A stretch of DNA of 63,397 nucleotides, the filler included, from Octopus bimaculoides (Eukaryota), in assembly GCF_001194135.2 (NCBI RefSeq). It is 6 parts of 6 records of this genome, joined end to end, with 100 filler letters (N's around TTAATTAATTAA, not from the genome) between each part and the next. Parts side by side here need not be neighbours in the genome. Positions count along the whole stretch, not along the records: positions 18,705 to 31,688 come from NC_069003.1; positions 31,789 to 45,366 come from NC_069001.1; 4 more parts are not named here. One strand, written 5' to 3'. Made by a program: the position numbers and the translations under genes. The notes beneath the pieces were generated by a model. It was not told the origin of the DNA, did no database searches, and saw only the letters and a list, made by a program, of their open reading frames with translations. This document shows, piece by piece, positions 28,621 to 42,825 of the stretch. Position 1 is the first letter of the stretch; every line of letters begins with the position of its first letter.

Positions 28621-29142
28621 TTTTGACTTATGTTCCACTCCAAAGAAATGACAAAAATGGTGCTAGCTTTAATGAAATAGTCATTGGTATACCACGCCAG
28701 TGGCACATCATAAAACCATGTACCAGTGACATGTACAAGCACTCATGCTGGTGTCACATAAAAAGCACCCACTACACTCTAGGAGTGGTTGGCATCAGGA
28801 AGGGAGTCCAGTGATAGAAACCATATGTGTGTATGTGTGCCTGTATGTATCCAGTCCATACCAATATAGAAAACAGACATTAAATGATAACAAGAGTATT
28901 CAGAGAGCGCAAACCTCTGCCAAGGCAACACCAACATCCTCTCAACGATTAGCTGGAGATGATTTTTAAAATGAGAATATCTGAAATAAACTTAACTGCT
29001 CTCACAAACGAGAATACTAAAAATGAATCTGACAGCTCTCAAAAATTAAGTAAATAAAACACAAAAAATAATTCAGAATCCTTGTCTGGTACCGGATTGA
29101 TCCCAAAATCTAATCAGTTCATGCCAGTCACAAGGCCATGGT

Positions 29143-29710
29143 TTGACAAAGGCAAAGGAACTCCTGAACAAGCTGAAGCACTCATTTGAGCCAAGGATAA
29201 TCTGGTTCTTCTCAGATGAAAGGACCAGTTGCATAACACCCACAACAGGTGGCCAAGTGGTTTGCCTACAATCCATGTGTTGTCCCACATATGAAAACCA
29301 AGTTGATGATCTTTGTGTGTCAGTCTCCAGTGAGGCAGATGTCATGCCTCCTCACATATTTGAACAGGGCCTTGGGCTCAGTTCAGAGACCTATGTGAAG
29401 CTGGTGGAGACTATGATCAAACCTTGGCTGGATGGCCATATGTGTGGCAGCAGGAGTCAGCTCTTGCCTTACCCTCAGAAGGAGCCAGAAGTAATTCTTG
29501 GAGAATTTCTATGACTTCTATTGACCCCAAATTCTGGCCTCCTAATTTCCCCAATTGTAATCCCATGGATTACTATGTGTGCAACGCAGTTAGGTGGCAC
29601 CAACTGCTCTGCCTGCAACACCAACACCAAGCTGGTGTTCAAAGGTCCTCCCAATCCTCAAGGAGATTCACTGAGACACTGAATGCGACAAGGCCGACCC
29701 TTTGAAACAC
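29143..29710 (+). mobile_element. Decayed Tc1/mariner-superfamily transposase, DD37D (maT)-like
   Basis: WFFSDE, DVMPPHIFEQGL, YVWQQESA and FWPPNFPNCNPMDYYV across frameshifts. Confidence 0.75.
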
Positions 29711-29751
29711 AGGTATAACTCACTTTTGCCAGCTAAGTGAACTGGAGCATT

Positions 29752-31688
29752 CATCATCATCGTTTAACGTCCGCTTTCCATGCTAGCATGGGTTGGACGA
29801 TTTGACTGAGGACTGGTGCAACCGGATGGCTACACCAGGCTCCAATCTAATTTGGCAGAGTTTCTACAGCTGGATGCCCTTCCTAACGCCAACCACTCAG
29901 AGAGTGTAGTGGGTGCTTTTACGTGTCACCCGCACGAAAACGGCCATGCTCGAAACGGTGTCTTTTATGTGCCACCCGCACTAGAGCCAGTCCAGGGGCA
30001 CTGGCAACGATCTCGCTCNNNNNNNNNNNNNNNNNNNNNNNNNNNNNNNNNNNNNNNNNNNNNNNNNNNNNNNNNNNNNNNNNNNNNNNNNNNNNNNNNN
30101 NNNNNNNNNNNNNNNNNNNNNNNNNNNNNNNNNNNNNNNNNNNNNNNNNNNNNNNNNNNNNNNNNNNNNNNNNNNNNNNNNNNNNNNNNNNNNNNNNNNN
30201 NNNNNNNNNNNNNNNNNNNNNNNNNNNNNNNNNNNNNNNNNNNNNNNNNNNNNNNNNNNNNNNNNNNNNNNNNNNNNNNNNNNNNNNNNNNNNNNNNNNN
30301 NNNNNNNNNNNNNNNNNNNNNNNNNNNNNNNNNNNNNNNNNNNNNNNNNNNNNNNNNNNNNNNNNNNNNNNNNNNNNNNNNNNNNNNNNNNNNNNNNNNN
30401 NNNNNNNNNNNNNNNNNNNNNNNNNNNNNNNNNNNNNNNNNNNNNNNNNNNNNNNNNNNNNNNNNNNNNNNNNNNNNNNNNNNNNNNNNNNNNNNNNNNN
30501 NNNNNNNNNNNNNNNNNNNNNNNNNNNNNNNNNNNNNNNNNNNNNNNNNNNNNNNNNNNNNNNNNNNNNNNNNNNNNNNNNNNNNNNNNNNNNNNNNNNN
30601 NNNNNNNNNNNNNNNNNNNNNNNNNNNNNNNNNNNNNNNNNNNNNNNNNNNNNNNNNNNNNNNNNNNNNNNNNNNNNNNNNNNNNNNNNNNNNNNNNNNN
30701 NNNNNNNNNNNNNNNNNNNNNNNNNNNNNNNNNNNNNNNNNNNNNNNNNNNNNNNNNNNNNNNNNNNNNNNNNNNNNNNNNNNNNNNNNNNNNNNNNNNN
30801 NNNNNNNNNNNNNNNNNNNNNNNNNNNNNNNNNNNNNNNNNNNNNNNNNNNNNNNNNNNNNNNNNNNNNNNNNNNNNNNNNNNNNNNNNNNNNNNNNNNN
30901 NNNNNNNNNNCAAAGGTCTCGGTCAGTAGTCATCGCTTCGGTGAGGCCCAATGTTCGAAGGTCTTGCCTCACCACCTCAGCCCAGGTCTTCCTGGGCCTA
31001 CCTCTTCCACAGGTTCCCTCAACTGTTAGGGAGTGGCACTTTTTCACGCAGCTATCCTCATTCATTCTCACCACATGTCCAAACCAGCGCAATCATCTCT
31101 CTTGCACACCACTACTGACGCTTCTTATGTTCAGCTTTCCTCTCAAGATACTTACACTCTGACGGGTATGTGAAATAAAAAGTCTTGCTCAAGGACACAA
31201 TGTATTGTCAGCAATTCACAAGTTGAATACCATATCCCCATCACTAAGCCATGGGAATTCACACACACACACATGTATCATCATTTAACATGTTTCTATG
31301 CTGGCATGGGTTGGATGTTTTGACTGGGGCTACACTAGGTTCCATTTGTCTATTTTGGCCCATCATATATATATGCATCTCATGTGCCACCCTCACAAGA
31401 ACCAGTCCAGGGGCACTGGCAACGATCTTACTTGGCTTGCCGGGTCTTCTCACGCACAGCACATTTCCAAAGGTCTCGGTGAGGCCCAATGTACGAAGGT
31501 CTTGCCTCACCACCTCAGCCCAGGTCTTCCTGGGCCTACCTCTTCCACGGGTTCCCTCAACTGTTAGGGTGTGGCACTTTTTCACGCAGCTATCCTCATC
31601 CATTCTCACCACATATCCATACCAGCGCAATCGTCTCTCTTGCACACTACAACTGATGCTTCTAATGTTCAGCTTTTCTCTCAAGATA
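29752..31688 (-). mobile_element. RTE-clade LINE 3' ends / RTE-related elements (two copies, interrupted by N gaps)
   Basis: MRWFGHVVRMNEDSCVKKC...GRGRPRKTWAEVVRQDLRTLGL (30911-31160) and a near-identical copy at 31430-31688. 3' tail ends in (GAT)n at 29752-29760. Confidence 0.8.
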
Positions 31689-32269
31689 NNNNNNNNNNNN
31701 NNNNNNNNNNNNNNNNNNNNNNNNNNNNNNNNTTAATTAATTAANNNNNNNNNNNNNNNNNNNNNNNNNNNNNNNNNNNNNNNNNNNNTATATAGTGTTA
31801 TATTTGGGGACGGTCATATCTTTGGGCAAATACCTACACAAACTCTGTACTTGTTCTTCACTTCAGCTTTATCATTATTCTTATTTTAGTGTCTCTTTGT
31901 CTGAAATGTTTCATCACACATCCTGTGATCTTCTCAGTAACTCTCCATCCCGCGTATCTCTTCCTGTTCTGTTTAATGTGCATTTACTACTGTCCGTTAC
32001 AGTTCTTTACTTTCTTCCTCTTTGGTGTTCTTCCTTTCATATTTTTGTGTTGTTTCTTCATAAAACAATTACAGTGTGGACAACATATATTACCCGTTCA
32101 AAAACACGCAAAGGTATTCATTGGTTGTTGTATGGTGCGGAAATGTTCATCACACCAACTGCAACCTGGTCACTGACAGGGTTCCACCGCATACGCGCAT
32201 GTATGCATGCATACATACATACATACATACATACAGTTCGTATGTATGTATTTGGAATAAAGAAGAGAA

Positions 32270-32515
32270 ACTGTGTATGTATTTGGGATAGTGAAGAGAA
32301 ACTGTGTACACTTGTGGAAGTTAGCTGCCCAGCGGATGTTAACATAAAGCTGAAGATAAGTGAAAAAGAGAACACCTATGCTGAACTATCGAGAAATCTG
32401 CAGTTACTTTATCCAGATTATAAGTTCAGGTTTATACCTGTAATTATTGGGCCCTGGAATATGTAACACATTGCCTAAATACCAATCTTGAGAAAATAGG
32501 CTTCTCAAAACCAGT
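32270..32515 (+). mobile_element. RLE-type non-LTR retrotransposon C-terminal fragment
   Basis: IWDSEEKLCTLVEVSCPADVNIKLKISEKENTYAEL...FIPVIIG resembles the restriction-like endonuclease end. Confidence 0.65.
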
Positions 32516-33089
32516 GGACTGAACCCGGAACCATGTGGTTAGTAAGCAAGCTACTTATCACATTGAAAATGTAAATGAGCTAAGAGAATGACCAATTGTA
32601 TAAAATGAGTTCACAGAGAAATACATAAATATGTGATCCATATGATCTTAGGACTCCTTATAAAAATGTTGGGTGTCATGCAAACAAAATAGCAAACTGG
32701 GGATCCACTGTAGTATTTTAAGAGCCCTTGAAAAATTTTGACTGAGTTGTATTTATTACGAGAAACAGGTTCTGTTTCTTAAATGTTATACATAGTTGAA
32801 TACACGTCTGGCCACTGAAACAATCTTTCGGAGAGTGCTTGTGCAAATCTACACGAATTAATGCACGAAAAACAAAATAGGAACTTTTGAAAGAAGCATC
32901 TATGAAAATAGTTTTTAAACATTGAATGGCTATGGGTGTCCACTAGAGTAAAATAGTAAGGGAAGAGGTCCTTAAGTAAAAAATGGTTGAGAACTGCTGT
33001 TCTATGCTGTAACTACAACTACTGCTACGGCTATACCCAAACTGTGATATGTCGTTAATCTGTAAATTCGTCAGTCATTTTACTCGTTG

Positions 33090-33310
33090 TGTGAGATTAG
33101 GAAATCTAATTAATTGCACAATTTATAGTTTATGTACAACATAGTGTGAATCTAACAACAACATAGAAAGGATAAATGTCCGGTATCTGAATAGACTGAT
33201 AATTGTTACTGTGTTTACTTCTGATGATGGGTCTCCGTGCCCGAAATATAAAGATTATTACATTTACTTATTTCTCCGCATTGTAAGAAGCTCTCTTTCT
33301 TCACATGTCT
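33090..33310 (+). mobile_element. Probable Penelope-like element terminal fragment with hammerhead-like motif at 33218-33253
   Basis: CTT-CTGATGA-T-GGG(8)CCC-GAAA-TA-TA^AAG: intact core, short stems. Boundaries approximate. Confidence 0.5.
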
Positions 33311-33800
33311 TCTTAATCACAATACTCCAAGCAAGCTAAAATACTCTTCTTACAGAAAATACTACACAAAATGAAAAAAACAAAAAACAAAAACAAAACC
33401 AGGATAAGTTAACTTCCCAGTCATCCAAATCCATACACACACACTTAATACCCTGACAATTTCACACTGATGTATTTCGTACCCCGGTGTATGTGGTACC
33501 CGTTGCGCAATGTCAATCAATATAGTGTACTCCAGCTTGTCTTGTTTTTTCGCTGTTACATTTTCAGTTACCAGATATTTCCTGAAGGAACCAACTAATG
33601 GAAGTCTATCGACTCAGCGACTCCTGTCTTTCTTGGCGTAAAAGAGGGAGGAGGAGCATAAATATAGCTTCGTCGTCAAATTTGGAAAGACGTGCAATGC
33701 AGGCTATATATATATATATAGCCTGCATACATATTTGTGTGTGTGTGTGTGTGTATCACATATTTACGTATATGTATATACACACACACACACATATATA

Positions 33801-33839
<39 letters not shown>

Positions 33840-33993
33840 NNNNNNNNNNNNNNNNNNNNNNNNNNNNNNNNNNNNNNNNNNNNNNNNNNNNNNNNNNNNN
33901 NNNNNNNNCGTATATACGATCAACGTGTAATTTTGTGTGTACCTGTGTGTGTGCGTGTACATAGTTACTATACATGCACACCCACACATACAA

Positions 33994-34055
<62 letters not shown>

Positions 34056-35031
34056 CAAAGTTTGGTGTTATATTGAGTTATTGTAAAAACAATTTAAGAT
34101 TCAGCTAATACTTTTAGTAGAATACATATTTATTACACCTTTATAAGAATGTCGGCAGTAACTTCGAAGTTTCACCCTGTTAGCTTTCATCCAACGAAAG
34201 CTAGAAGGCCGAATTTTCCGCCTCGCTGTCACCACTTTCTTGTAAAGGTGTAATTAATATATAGGCGCAGGTGTGACTGTGTGGTAAAAAGCTTACTTCT
34301 CAACCACATGGTCTTAGGTTCAGTCCCACTGCGTGGCACATTGGGCAAATGTATGTCTATGTGCACAAAATGACTTGTTTATTGTGTGATCAAATGTATG
34401 TACTGGACATTAGCTCATCCCTTTCATCAAATCGATGTTGCCTGAGCAGGTGCACCGTGTTACCATATGTCAGGTGCTAAAGGGATCGCAGGGCAACGTG
34501 AGATGAAGCGCCCTTTGTTCCACAACATAATGCATCATCCAGTCCAGGGATTGAAACCATGATCTCGCGATCGTGAGTGCAATACACTAATCACTGTATA
34601 AATATATAACCATACGTTGATACATAGGTAGCAGATACAACGACAGACTCCCATACACACACGTGCACACGCACGTGCGCACAAACATACACACATTGCT
34701 ATGAAAAGATGCTACAAAATCATATACGCATGCAATCGCCACACACATATACACACTACTACATCTTCACTCAACGCGTACGTACATATATGCATATATA
34801 TATATATACCCAGGATAACACCACGTATATGAAGCGTCTTGTACACGTTCAGACTATTCATATAATTTCTGCTTTATATCATCAACCGGAAACTCTTTCA
34901 AGGTGATCACAATAAGCGCCTTCGACTGTGTGTTTATGTGTGAATGTATGTATGTATACTTGCATATAAATTTCTAAATATATACATTTAAATATAAATA
35001 TATATGTGTGTGTGTATATATATATATTTAA

Positions 35032-35064
<33 letters not shown>

Positions 35065-36569
35065 NNNNNNNNNNNNNNNNNNNNNNNNNNNNNNNNNNNN
35101 NNNNNNNNNNNNNNNNNNNNNNNNNNNNNNNNNNNNNNNNNNNNNNNNNNNNNNNNNNNNNNNNNNNNNNNNNNNNNNNNNNNNNNNNNNNNNNNNNNNN
35201 NNNNNNNNNNNNNNNNNNNNNNNNNNNNNNNNNNNNNNNNNNNNNNNNNNNNNNNNNNNNNNNNNNNNNNNNNNNNNNNNNNNNNNNNNNNNNNNNNNNN
35301 NNNNNNNNNNNNNNNNNNNNNNNNNNNNNNNNNNNNNNNNNNNNNNNNNNNNNNNNNNNNNNNNNNNNNNNNNNNNNNNNNNNNNNNNNNNNNNNNNNNN
35401 NNNNNNNNNNNNNNNNNNNNNNNNNNNNNNNNNNNNNNNNNNNNNNNNNNNNNNNNNNNNNNNNNNNNATGTATAGGTGCATATCTGGGTACAGGACATT
35501 GCAAACAAAACGTAGACAAGAAAACACACAAGCCACATAGAGAACATTTTCCTTCATCAGCTACCCCCGTTTTAACACCGGCGTTTCGAAGAGCTGGGTA
35601 GGACGCATCGTTAAAACGGCTCTTCCCATGGACCGCAAATTAAATTTGTATACACAAATTAAACCTTGCCATGGAGGAATGTAGTGGCGGACAAAAAACA
35701 AGACAGGAAAACAAGCAGAAAAGGCTATACGGCCAGACGGGAAAAATTATGTGTGTATGAACGCTGTGAGGCACGAACTTGAAAGTGGGGACGAAGTAAG
35801 TTCGCGTGTTTGCTCGGCGATAGCCAAGGAAGAAAACTCACACATATATAAATATATACATACACATATACAGGCGTATCGATTTATATACACATATGTA
35901 TGTGTATATTGAATATACACACATAGATGTTATACAATGAGAGGTTCATTTTGTCATTAAAAAACACATGCACTGGTTATATTTCGCTTTACAATCAGGA
36001 TAATCATCATCATTATTACTTAGTGAGAGAGCAACACATGCCATAAAAATGACACTAGGTTACAAATATACGAAGCCCAATAAACTCATCATGCCTACCC
36101 GTGTAATAAGCGTGCACCAGGCACAAATTATCACAACCATATGTGCGCGACATGGTGACCTCATATCAAGGTGAACGGCATATGACATTGCAGGTGGGGT
36201 TCAGTTAAAATTTCTTCAGGTCGAGTAGCCTATTCCGCTTAAAAGTTTCCTGAATAAGGGTTGTTTAAAGATTATGACCGAAATCCCTACGTTTCCAGAG
36301 TTGACTTATTCAAACTCCAAACAATCCCTCTCAACACATGGCTATGATGCTCCCCAACTACTTCTGCTCGGGATCAGAGATGCACATATCGTCAGCTCTT
36401 AAGTGACATGCTCAACTGGTTATATTCAAGCAACTGAGAAGGAAATCTGGTACAGAGTAGAATGTTTGCTGTAGCCCATCTTTTATACTAAGACAAAACA
36501 ATGTACGTGATATCACTTGTGATCACTTAAGAGCAGATGCTATAAAAGCCCCTGCTTGGTATTGCATTA

Positions 36570-37070
36570 AGGCATTAGAAATTTCTGGCCTGGCAGTGCT
36601 ACCGAGGAGCAATGCCTGTTCGAGATAAGCCCTTCAGGCACAGAAGCATTGTCAGCCGTGCGACGAAACCGTTCTGCATGCACTCGTGTAGTGTTCGAGT
36701 TTTTCAGACTTGTGGAGTTATGTCGAACAGCTGTTATCACGTGTGGGTCGAATCCGACTGTCAGCTGAATCCATCGTGAGGATCGTTCCACCCACCACCT
36801 TTAACAAGGGCGGGCAGGTGTCGTTCCTCTGTCTAGTGACTATAGCTAAAGAGGTTGTGTGGTGGACGAGGTTGAAAGGATTGAAGAAAGCGACCTTCCT
36901 CCTCGGTCAAGCCCTCATCGATTTTTCAAGTTTCCATTTGGAAAAGGAAGGTTGAAAAGCAAAGTGCTACCGCCCAGCGAATCTGTGAAAATAAGGATGA
37001 CTGTAGCAAAACTGGTTAGAGTGACTGGCACTACGCTGAGTATGCGCCAGTAGATTCGAGAGCAACACTC
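36570..37070 (+). mobile_element. L1/Tx1-clade LINE ORF2 C-terminal fragment
   Basis: HCQPCDETVLHALV*C (CCHC-type knuckle with a stop), then DLWSYVEQLLSRVGRIRLSAESIVRIV...AKEVVWWTRLKG. Confidence 0.6.
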
Positions 37071-37327
37071 TGGAGAGGTCCCATGATTTTGGTGGCCAGA
37101 GTAATCCTGGATTTGTGGGGTTCCTCGATTGGCTCTAATCGGAGTTTCTCCTGTATCAGGAAGACTTTCATCATTCATGTTATCAATTACTTTATACACA
37201 ATGTGTACTTTTATTGCATTTCACTGTCTTTTCCATTTCTTTTCCCCCAACCTTTATGTAAATCCTCACACAAACTGTTGTCTGTCCTTGTGATGTCCCC
37301 CTCACCTATGACCCTGTGGCTAAAAAA

Positions 37328-37372
<45 letters not shown>

Positions 37373-37389
37373 ATTATTTGTATTATTAT

Positions 37390-38205
37390 GTGATGAAAAC
37401 TCACAGCTTATTTTGCTGGGTATGATGGGAAGTGTCAGCTGTCCACAGCCAGCAGACTAAGGTGACACTCGTTTACTGGTCATGCTTCAAGAACCCCGAG
37501 AAGGATTCTTGCAGTTCCAAGCAATGCTGATTGTTGGTGTTCTACCTTCACACTTGCACCAATCTTTTTGAGCCACGTTGTTAGTTGAATGCTGATACTT
37601 CCAAGTGCACCAATCACTATTAGTATCACGTCTACTCTCCTCGGTGGCCACAACCTTCGTGTTTTCCACTTCAAATCATCATAGTTGATTATTTTTTCTT
37701 CTTCTTCTTCTTTCACATTGATCCTGTTGTCACTGAGACATGCTATATCGATTATGATATATGTTTTTCCTTTATTACTCACCACAACGATGTCCGGTTT
37801 CCGATGTCTGGTCAGGTGATCGCACTGAATCATTGCATCCCACAGGATCTTGCAATTCTCATTCTCGGTGACTCCTGGGGGTTTTGCTCTTTGTAGGCCG
37901 TCATTTCCACAGAGCTCCCAATGGATCATTCTTGCCACATTGTCATGTTGCCTTTTGTATTCGCGTTGTGCCAATTTCGGGCATTCGCTAACTATGTGAC
38001 ATACCATTTCACCCCTCTCACCACACATTCTGTATTGGTCGTTGTCGGTAGTGTTGTCTATTCTGCACTTCACATAATTGGTCCTTAACGCTTGTTCTTG
38101 AGCAGCGCATATGAATGCTTCTGTCTCTATCTTCAGGCCACTTCTCCTCGTCCATAGCCACCGGTCTTCTGCATCTGTCTTGGCGTTCACATCTCTTGCA
38201 AACTG
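37390..38205 (-). mobile_element. R4/Dong-clade non-LTR retrotransposon 3' fragment (CCHC knuckle + restriction-like endonuclease), inactive
   Basis: 236-aa frame: AAQEQALRTNY...YRMCGERGEMVCHIVSEC (first Cys now Tyr), HDNVARMIHWELC, RKPDIVV...IIDIAC, VIGALG. The 3'UTR ends directly in (TAA)n and the 5' end abuts (TAA)n. Confidence 0.85.
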
Positions 38206-38211
38206 ACCGTA

Positions 38212-38450
<239 letters not shown>

Positions 38451-38489
38451 ATTTTGGTTAATATAGAAAGGATTGAGGTAACTCCTGAG

Positions 38490-39180
38490 GAGGAATATTG
38501 CAACTGTAACTTACAACTAGGATGGCTAGTGTGTTGATACCTATTATCTTGTTTTTCGCATTGAGCTCTGTTTTCAATATTAATCTGACTCGTATATCGT
38601 ATTCCTTTTTTATCTTCTCTTTCATTTGTGTTTGTTGTATCGTATCTGCTTCATTGGTTCCTAAGTATTCGTACCATTGGTTTTGGTCTAATTCTCTTAT
38701 TTCATTTGCTTTATCTAGTGTGATGTTGCTACCATCAACTAGTTTTCATCTCTTTAGGGTTGCTTTGGTATAATTTTCTGAGCCAAATTTCATGTTTATT
38801 TCTTTGGTAAATTCATGTACTGAATTATTTGTAGCTGTTTATCATTTGTAGCGTACAGTTTTAGATCATCCATATATAAAAGATGGCTGATTGTTCTGCC
38901 ATAACACTCGTATCCACATCCAGTTCTGTTTAACATGTCAAATAAAGGTGTCAGTGCCAGGCAGAAAAGGAGTGGAGAGAGCGTGTCTTCCTGGAAAATT
39001 TCGCTTCTAATGGGGAAGGCTTCGATTTTTATGAGTCTCTCTTTTGTCTGGAGCTGTAACACTGTCTGCTATTTATTCATGGAATGTTTTATATATTTTA
39101 TGATTATTGGTGCTACCTTGTACTATCAAAAGCTTTTCGGCAATCGATCCAGGCCATACTTAGACCCTTCTTCTTTCTGC
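38490..39180 (-). mobile_element. R4/Dong-clade reverse-transcriptase fragment, decayed
   Basis: LSMAWIDCRKAFDS, IFQEDTLSPLLFCLAL, ISHLLYMDDLKLYA and RVRLILKTELNAKNKIIGINTLA, with deletions. Confidence 0.85.
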
Positions 39181-39194
39181 GCTTGTATTATTAT

Positions 39195-39520
39195 TATCAA
39201 TATTCAGTAGTTTTACTTTTATCACGTGTTTTCACTTCACTACCGAGCGCAGCTCTCTGTGCCTTTGGTATGCGCTGTGGTTTGTTGTGATGCTCTTATT
39301 TTTACTGTATTGAAAGTTTTTTTATGTGTGCGGTGCCTAGTAGTGCTATTTTCTGTATGTTATATATATTTGTTAGTCCTGGTGTTTTTGTTGTGTATTT
39401 GTCTGAATATTTTATTTTATACCCAATGTGCCCACTATGATAGGAATTGTTTCTGTTTTTAGACGCCACATTCGAGTTACCTCAATTTCCAGATCTTTGT
39501 ATTTTGAAAGTTTCTCTGTT
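39195..39520 (-). mobile_element. Second R4/Dong-type 3' end, 5'-truncated, between TAA repeats
   Basis: KETEKLSKYKDLEIEVTRMWRLKTETIPIIVGTLG followed by frameshifted IQKIALLGTAH, a short 3'UTR and (AAT)n. Confidence 0.75.
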
Positions 39521-39746
39521 TCTTAAAAATTATTATTATAATTATCATTATTATTATTATTATTACTATTATTATTATTTGTTATATCACAATACTACAC
39601 ACTGGCTGTGTGAGCTACGAAATCCTCGTCGCCACTGTTATATCGCACGTTCGGATGACCTCTACTCAACTACTCGACGTCTAGAGTCCCCCCTCTATAT
39701 CTACGTATTGGGCTAGCCTACTTCATCGTCTGGGGCGTCGACACAA

Positions 39747-39791
<45 letters not shown>

Positions 39792-40074
39792 GGTCGCGAG
39801 CTAGCAGAATCGTTAGCACGTTGGACGAAATGCTTAGCGGTATTTCGTCCATCGCTACGTTCTGAGTTCTAATTCTACCGAAGTCGACTTCGCCTTTCAT
39901 CCTTTGGGGGTCGATAAAATAAGTACCAGTTGAACACCGGGGTCGATGTAATCGACTCCCCCCCCCCAAAAAAAAACTGCCGCCCTTGTGGCAAAATTTG
40001 AAGCCATTATCATTATTGTTGTTGTTGTTGTTGTGAGGGTGGCGAGATGTTAGAATCGTTACCGGGCCGGGCAG

Positions 40075-40680
40075 AATGGGGGTAACCTGGTTAGAGGCAT
40101 CGACGCGTGGGCTATAGGTGCGATACGTTATTATTCAGGTGTTGCGGAATGGACAAAGGAAGAACTTGTCAACGGGGATAGAAAAACTAGGAAAGTAATG
40201 GCTATGCATGGATGCCTTCATACTAGAAGTAACACAGCAAGGCTTTACTTACCTGGGAAGAAAGGTGGAAGAGGACTGGTTGGAATAAAAGATAGTATAG
40301 TGAAGGAGATCAAGTCCTTTTATACTTATCTGAGGATTAGTGATGAAAGAATTTTGCCGGCTGCGCTGAGTGAGAAGGTGATCAGTGATAAAAATGCCAC
40401 CCTCCAGGAGCGCAATATGAGGTTTAATAGGGAAAAGATCATTGGCTGGAAAGAGAAAGTTCTACAGAGAGAGTCTTTTTCAACAAGCGGATGAAACTGG
40501 TGAAGAATCCTGGGGGTGGTTAAGACATTGCTTTTTAAAGAAGGAGACGGAAAGACTGATTCTTGCTGCTCAAGAACAAGCTTTACGTAGTAACTCAAGC
40601 AAGTGTAGCATTGATATGGCATCAGCGCCATCTTCATGTAGAATATGTGGAAAATCATCAGAGGTTTCTACCAAGTCACA
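40075..40680 (+). mobile_element. R4/Dong-clade fragment (post-RT region to zinc knuckle), frameshifted
   Basis: LHTRSNTARLYLPGKKGGRGLVGIKDS...WLRHCFLKKETERLILAAQEQALRSN...CRICGK. Confidence 0.8.
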
Positions 40681-41357
40681 AGAATAAACATAAAGCTTTC
40701 ATAAAATGCTTAACAATCTCGAATAATTAACAGTGTTTTTACAAAGCATATAGTCGGTTAGTAAGGCAACCAATGGTTTCTAGAAAAAGAGCACTTCACA
40801 ATTGTTTAAGCATACTTACATTGTTGGTATACGTCTCCATTTTGGATGAGAATATTTATACACTAATGCAATATTTGGCACTTGTTCTCACTTTTCGATA
40901 TTAGTGCACACACACACACACACGCACACATACATATGTGTGTGTGTAGAAAGAGAGAAAGAGAGAGAGAGATTGATTCATTGATTCAAGGTTATAAATC
41001 TTGAATCTTTTCCTTGCTCTCTTTCTCTCTTTTTCCCTTTCTCTCTTTCACTCTTTTTCCCTTTCTCTCTTTCTCTCTTTTTCCCTTTCTCTCTTTTTCC
41101 CTTTCTCTCTCCTTCGCGCGTGCGCTTACTGGTCATACGGGTATTTGAAACGTGAAAAACAAACACATAGCCCAATAAACAAGCAAACAAATAAACAAAT
41201 ACATCTATTTTTAGTGTCCGAGTTTAATCCGGGTTTATAATAGATATTAATCACCTATTTATAGAATTTTCAACAGTGTGAAGCTAGCTTCATACGGATT
41301 AATAAGGATTAACACAGCTTCTTTCTCCGCTGCGCTTCTATATGAGAGTGCGCTTGA

Positions 41358-41481
<124 letters not shown>

Positions 41482-41994
41482 ATGTGAATATGAGTGTGCC
41501 TATATTTACATGCGGGTACAGTTAGTAGTAATACACACACATACATATGCATCCATCTATATATATATATGTGTGTGTATGTGTCTCTCTGCGTGTAAAT
41601 ATATGTATGTATATACATACATATATGTATGTACAAATATTCATATACATACATGCACATATACACACATTTGGATTTCGTTGTTCTCAACTGTAAGTCA
41701 TATTCTTAAGACATACATGCACATACATAATATATATGTGTGTGTGTCTGTGCGTGTGTGTGTGTGTGTATGTGTGTGTGTGTGCATGTGTGTGTGTGTT
41801 TGTGTATGAGAGAGAGAGAGAGTCTATGTATGAAGGTGTGCCACATTGTTATCTAGATTCAATTATCGATACCTATACTATTACTTTTAAAATAGCGATC
41901 GATCTTTACTATTGATCTACTTCCGAGGAGCCATATTGCAATGACACGATAGATTCGTTTGAGCGTCGAGCAAAACGTGTCGTAGTGTTTGTTC

Positions 41995-42141
41995 CAGCTT
42001 CTGTTCAAATCCCGCCGAGTTCAACCTCACCTTTCATCACTGCCCACCACTGGTGTCAATAAAATAAAATACCAGTCAAAGTATCATTGACATTGACTTA
42101 CCTTCCTCCTCAAAATCGTTGGCCCTGCGCATGAAACAGAA

Positions 42142-42181
<40 letters not shown>

Positions 42182-42783
42182 GATGGTATTTCTCCCGTCT
42201 TTATGCTCTGAGTCCAAATCTGTCGAGGCCGACTTTGCCTTGAATCCTTTCGAGGTCAAGAAGTTAAGTACCAGTGAAGTACTGAGGTCGATGTAATCGA
42301 CTCACCCACTTCGACTCACCCTCTTCGACTCACCCTCTTCGACTTACCCACTATGGGCCTTGTGCTTATTGCAGAAAAGGTTATTATTATTATTATTATT
42401 ATTATTATCATTATTATTATTACTATTATTATTAAGACTGGCGCAGTCGTTAGCCCGCCAGGAAAAATGCTGAGTAAGATTTCTTCCGTCTTTATGTTTT
42501 GAGTTCAAATAACGTAGAGGTCGGCTTTGTCTTTCATCCTCTCGGGGTCGATAAAATAACCACCAGTCAAGCACTAGGGTCCATCTAATCGACTTACCCA
42601 CTTCCTCGAAATTGCTTGCTTTGTGCCAAAATTTGAAACAATTATCATTGTTGTTCTTGTTATTGTCTATTGTGATGCATGTGCCTGGTGTACCCTTATC
42701 AGACGGGTAGTCATGATGGGTATAATGGGCTTCGTATATTTTACCCCCAGTGTCACTTTGATGGCATGCACTGCTCTCTCACT

Positions 42784-42825
<42 letters not shown>

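Noticed and set aside
29816-31162. 448-aa, 368-aa and 375-aa ORFs
   Set aside because: Mostly X from an 892-nt gap; the real parts are RTE 3' remnants.
35545-35625. CTGATGA plus GAAAC (also at about 49460-49510) as a hammerhead
   Set aside because: Order is reversed and I could not build stems I-III around the core; treated as an ordinary repeat family.
37480-38190. Active or domesticated 236-aa nuclease gene
   Set aside because: First zinc-knuckle Cys and the K..KY motif are mutated, the 5' end is truncated at a microsatellite, and no promoter is evident.
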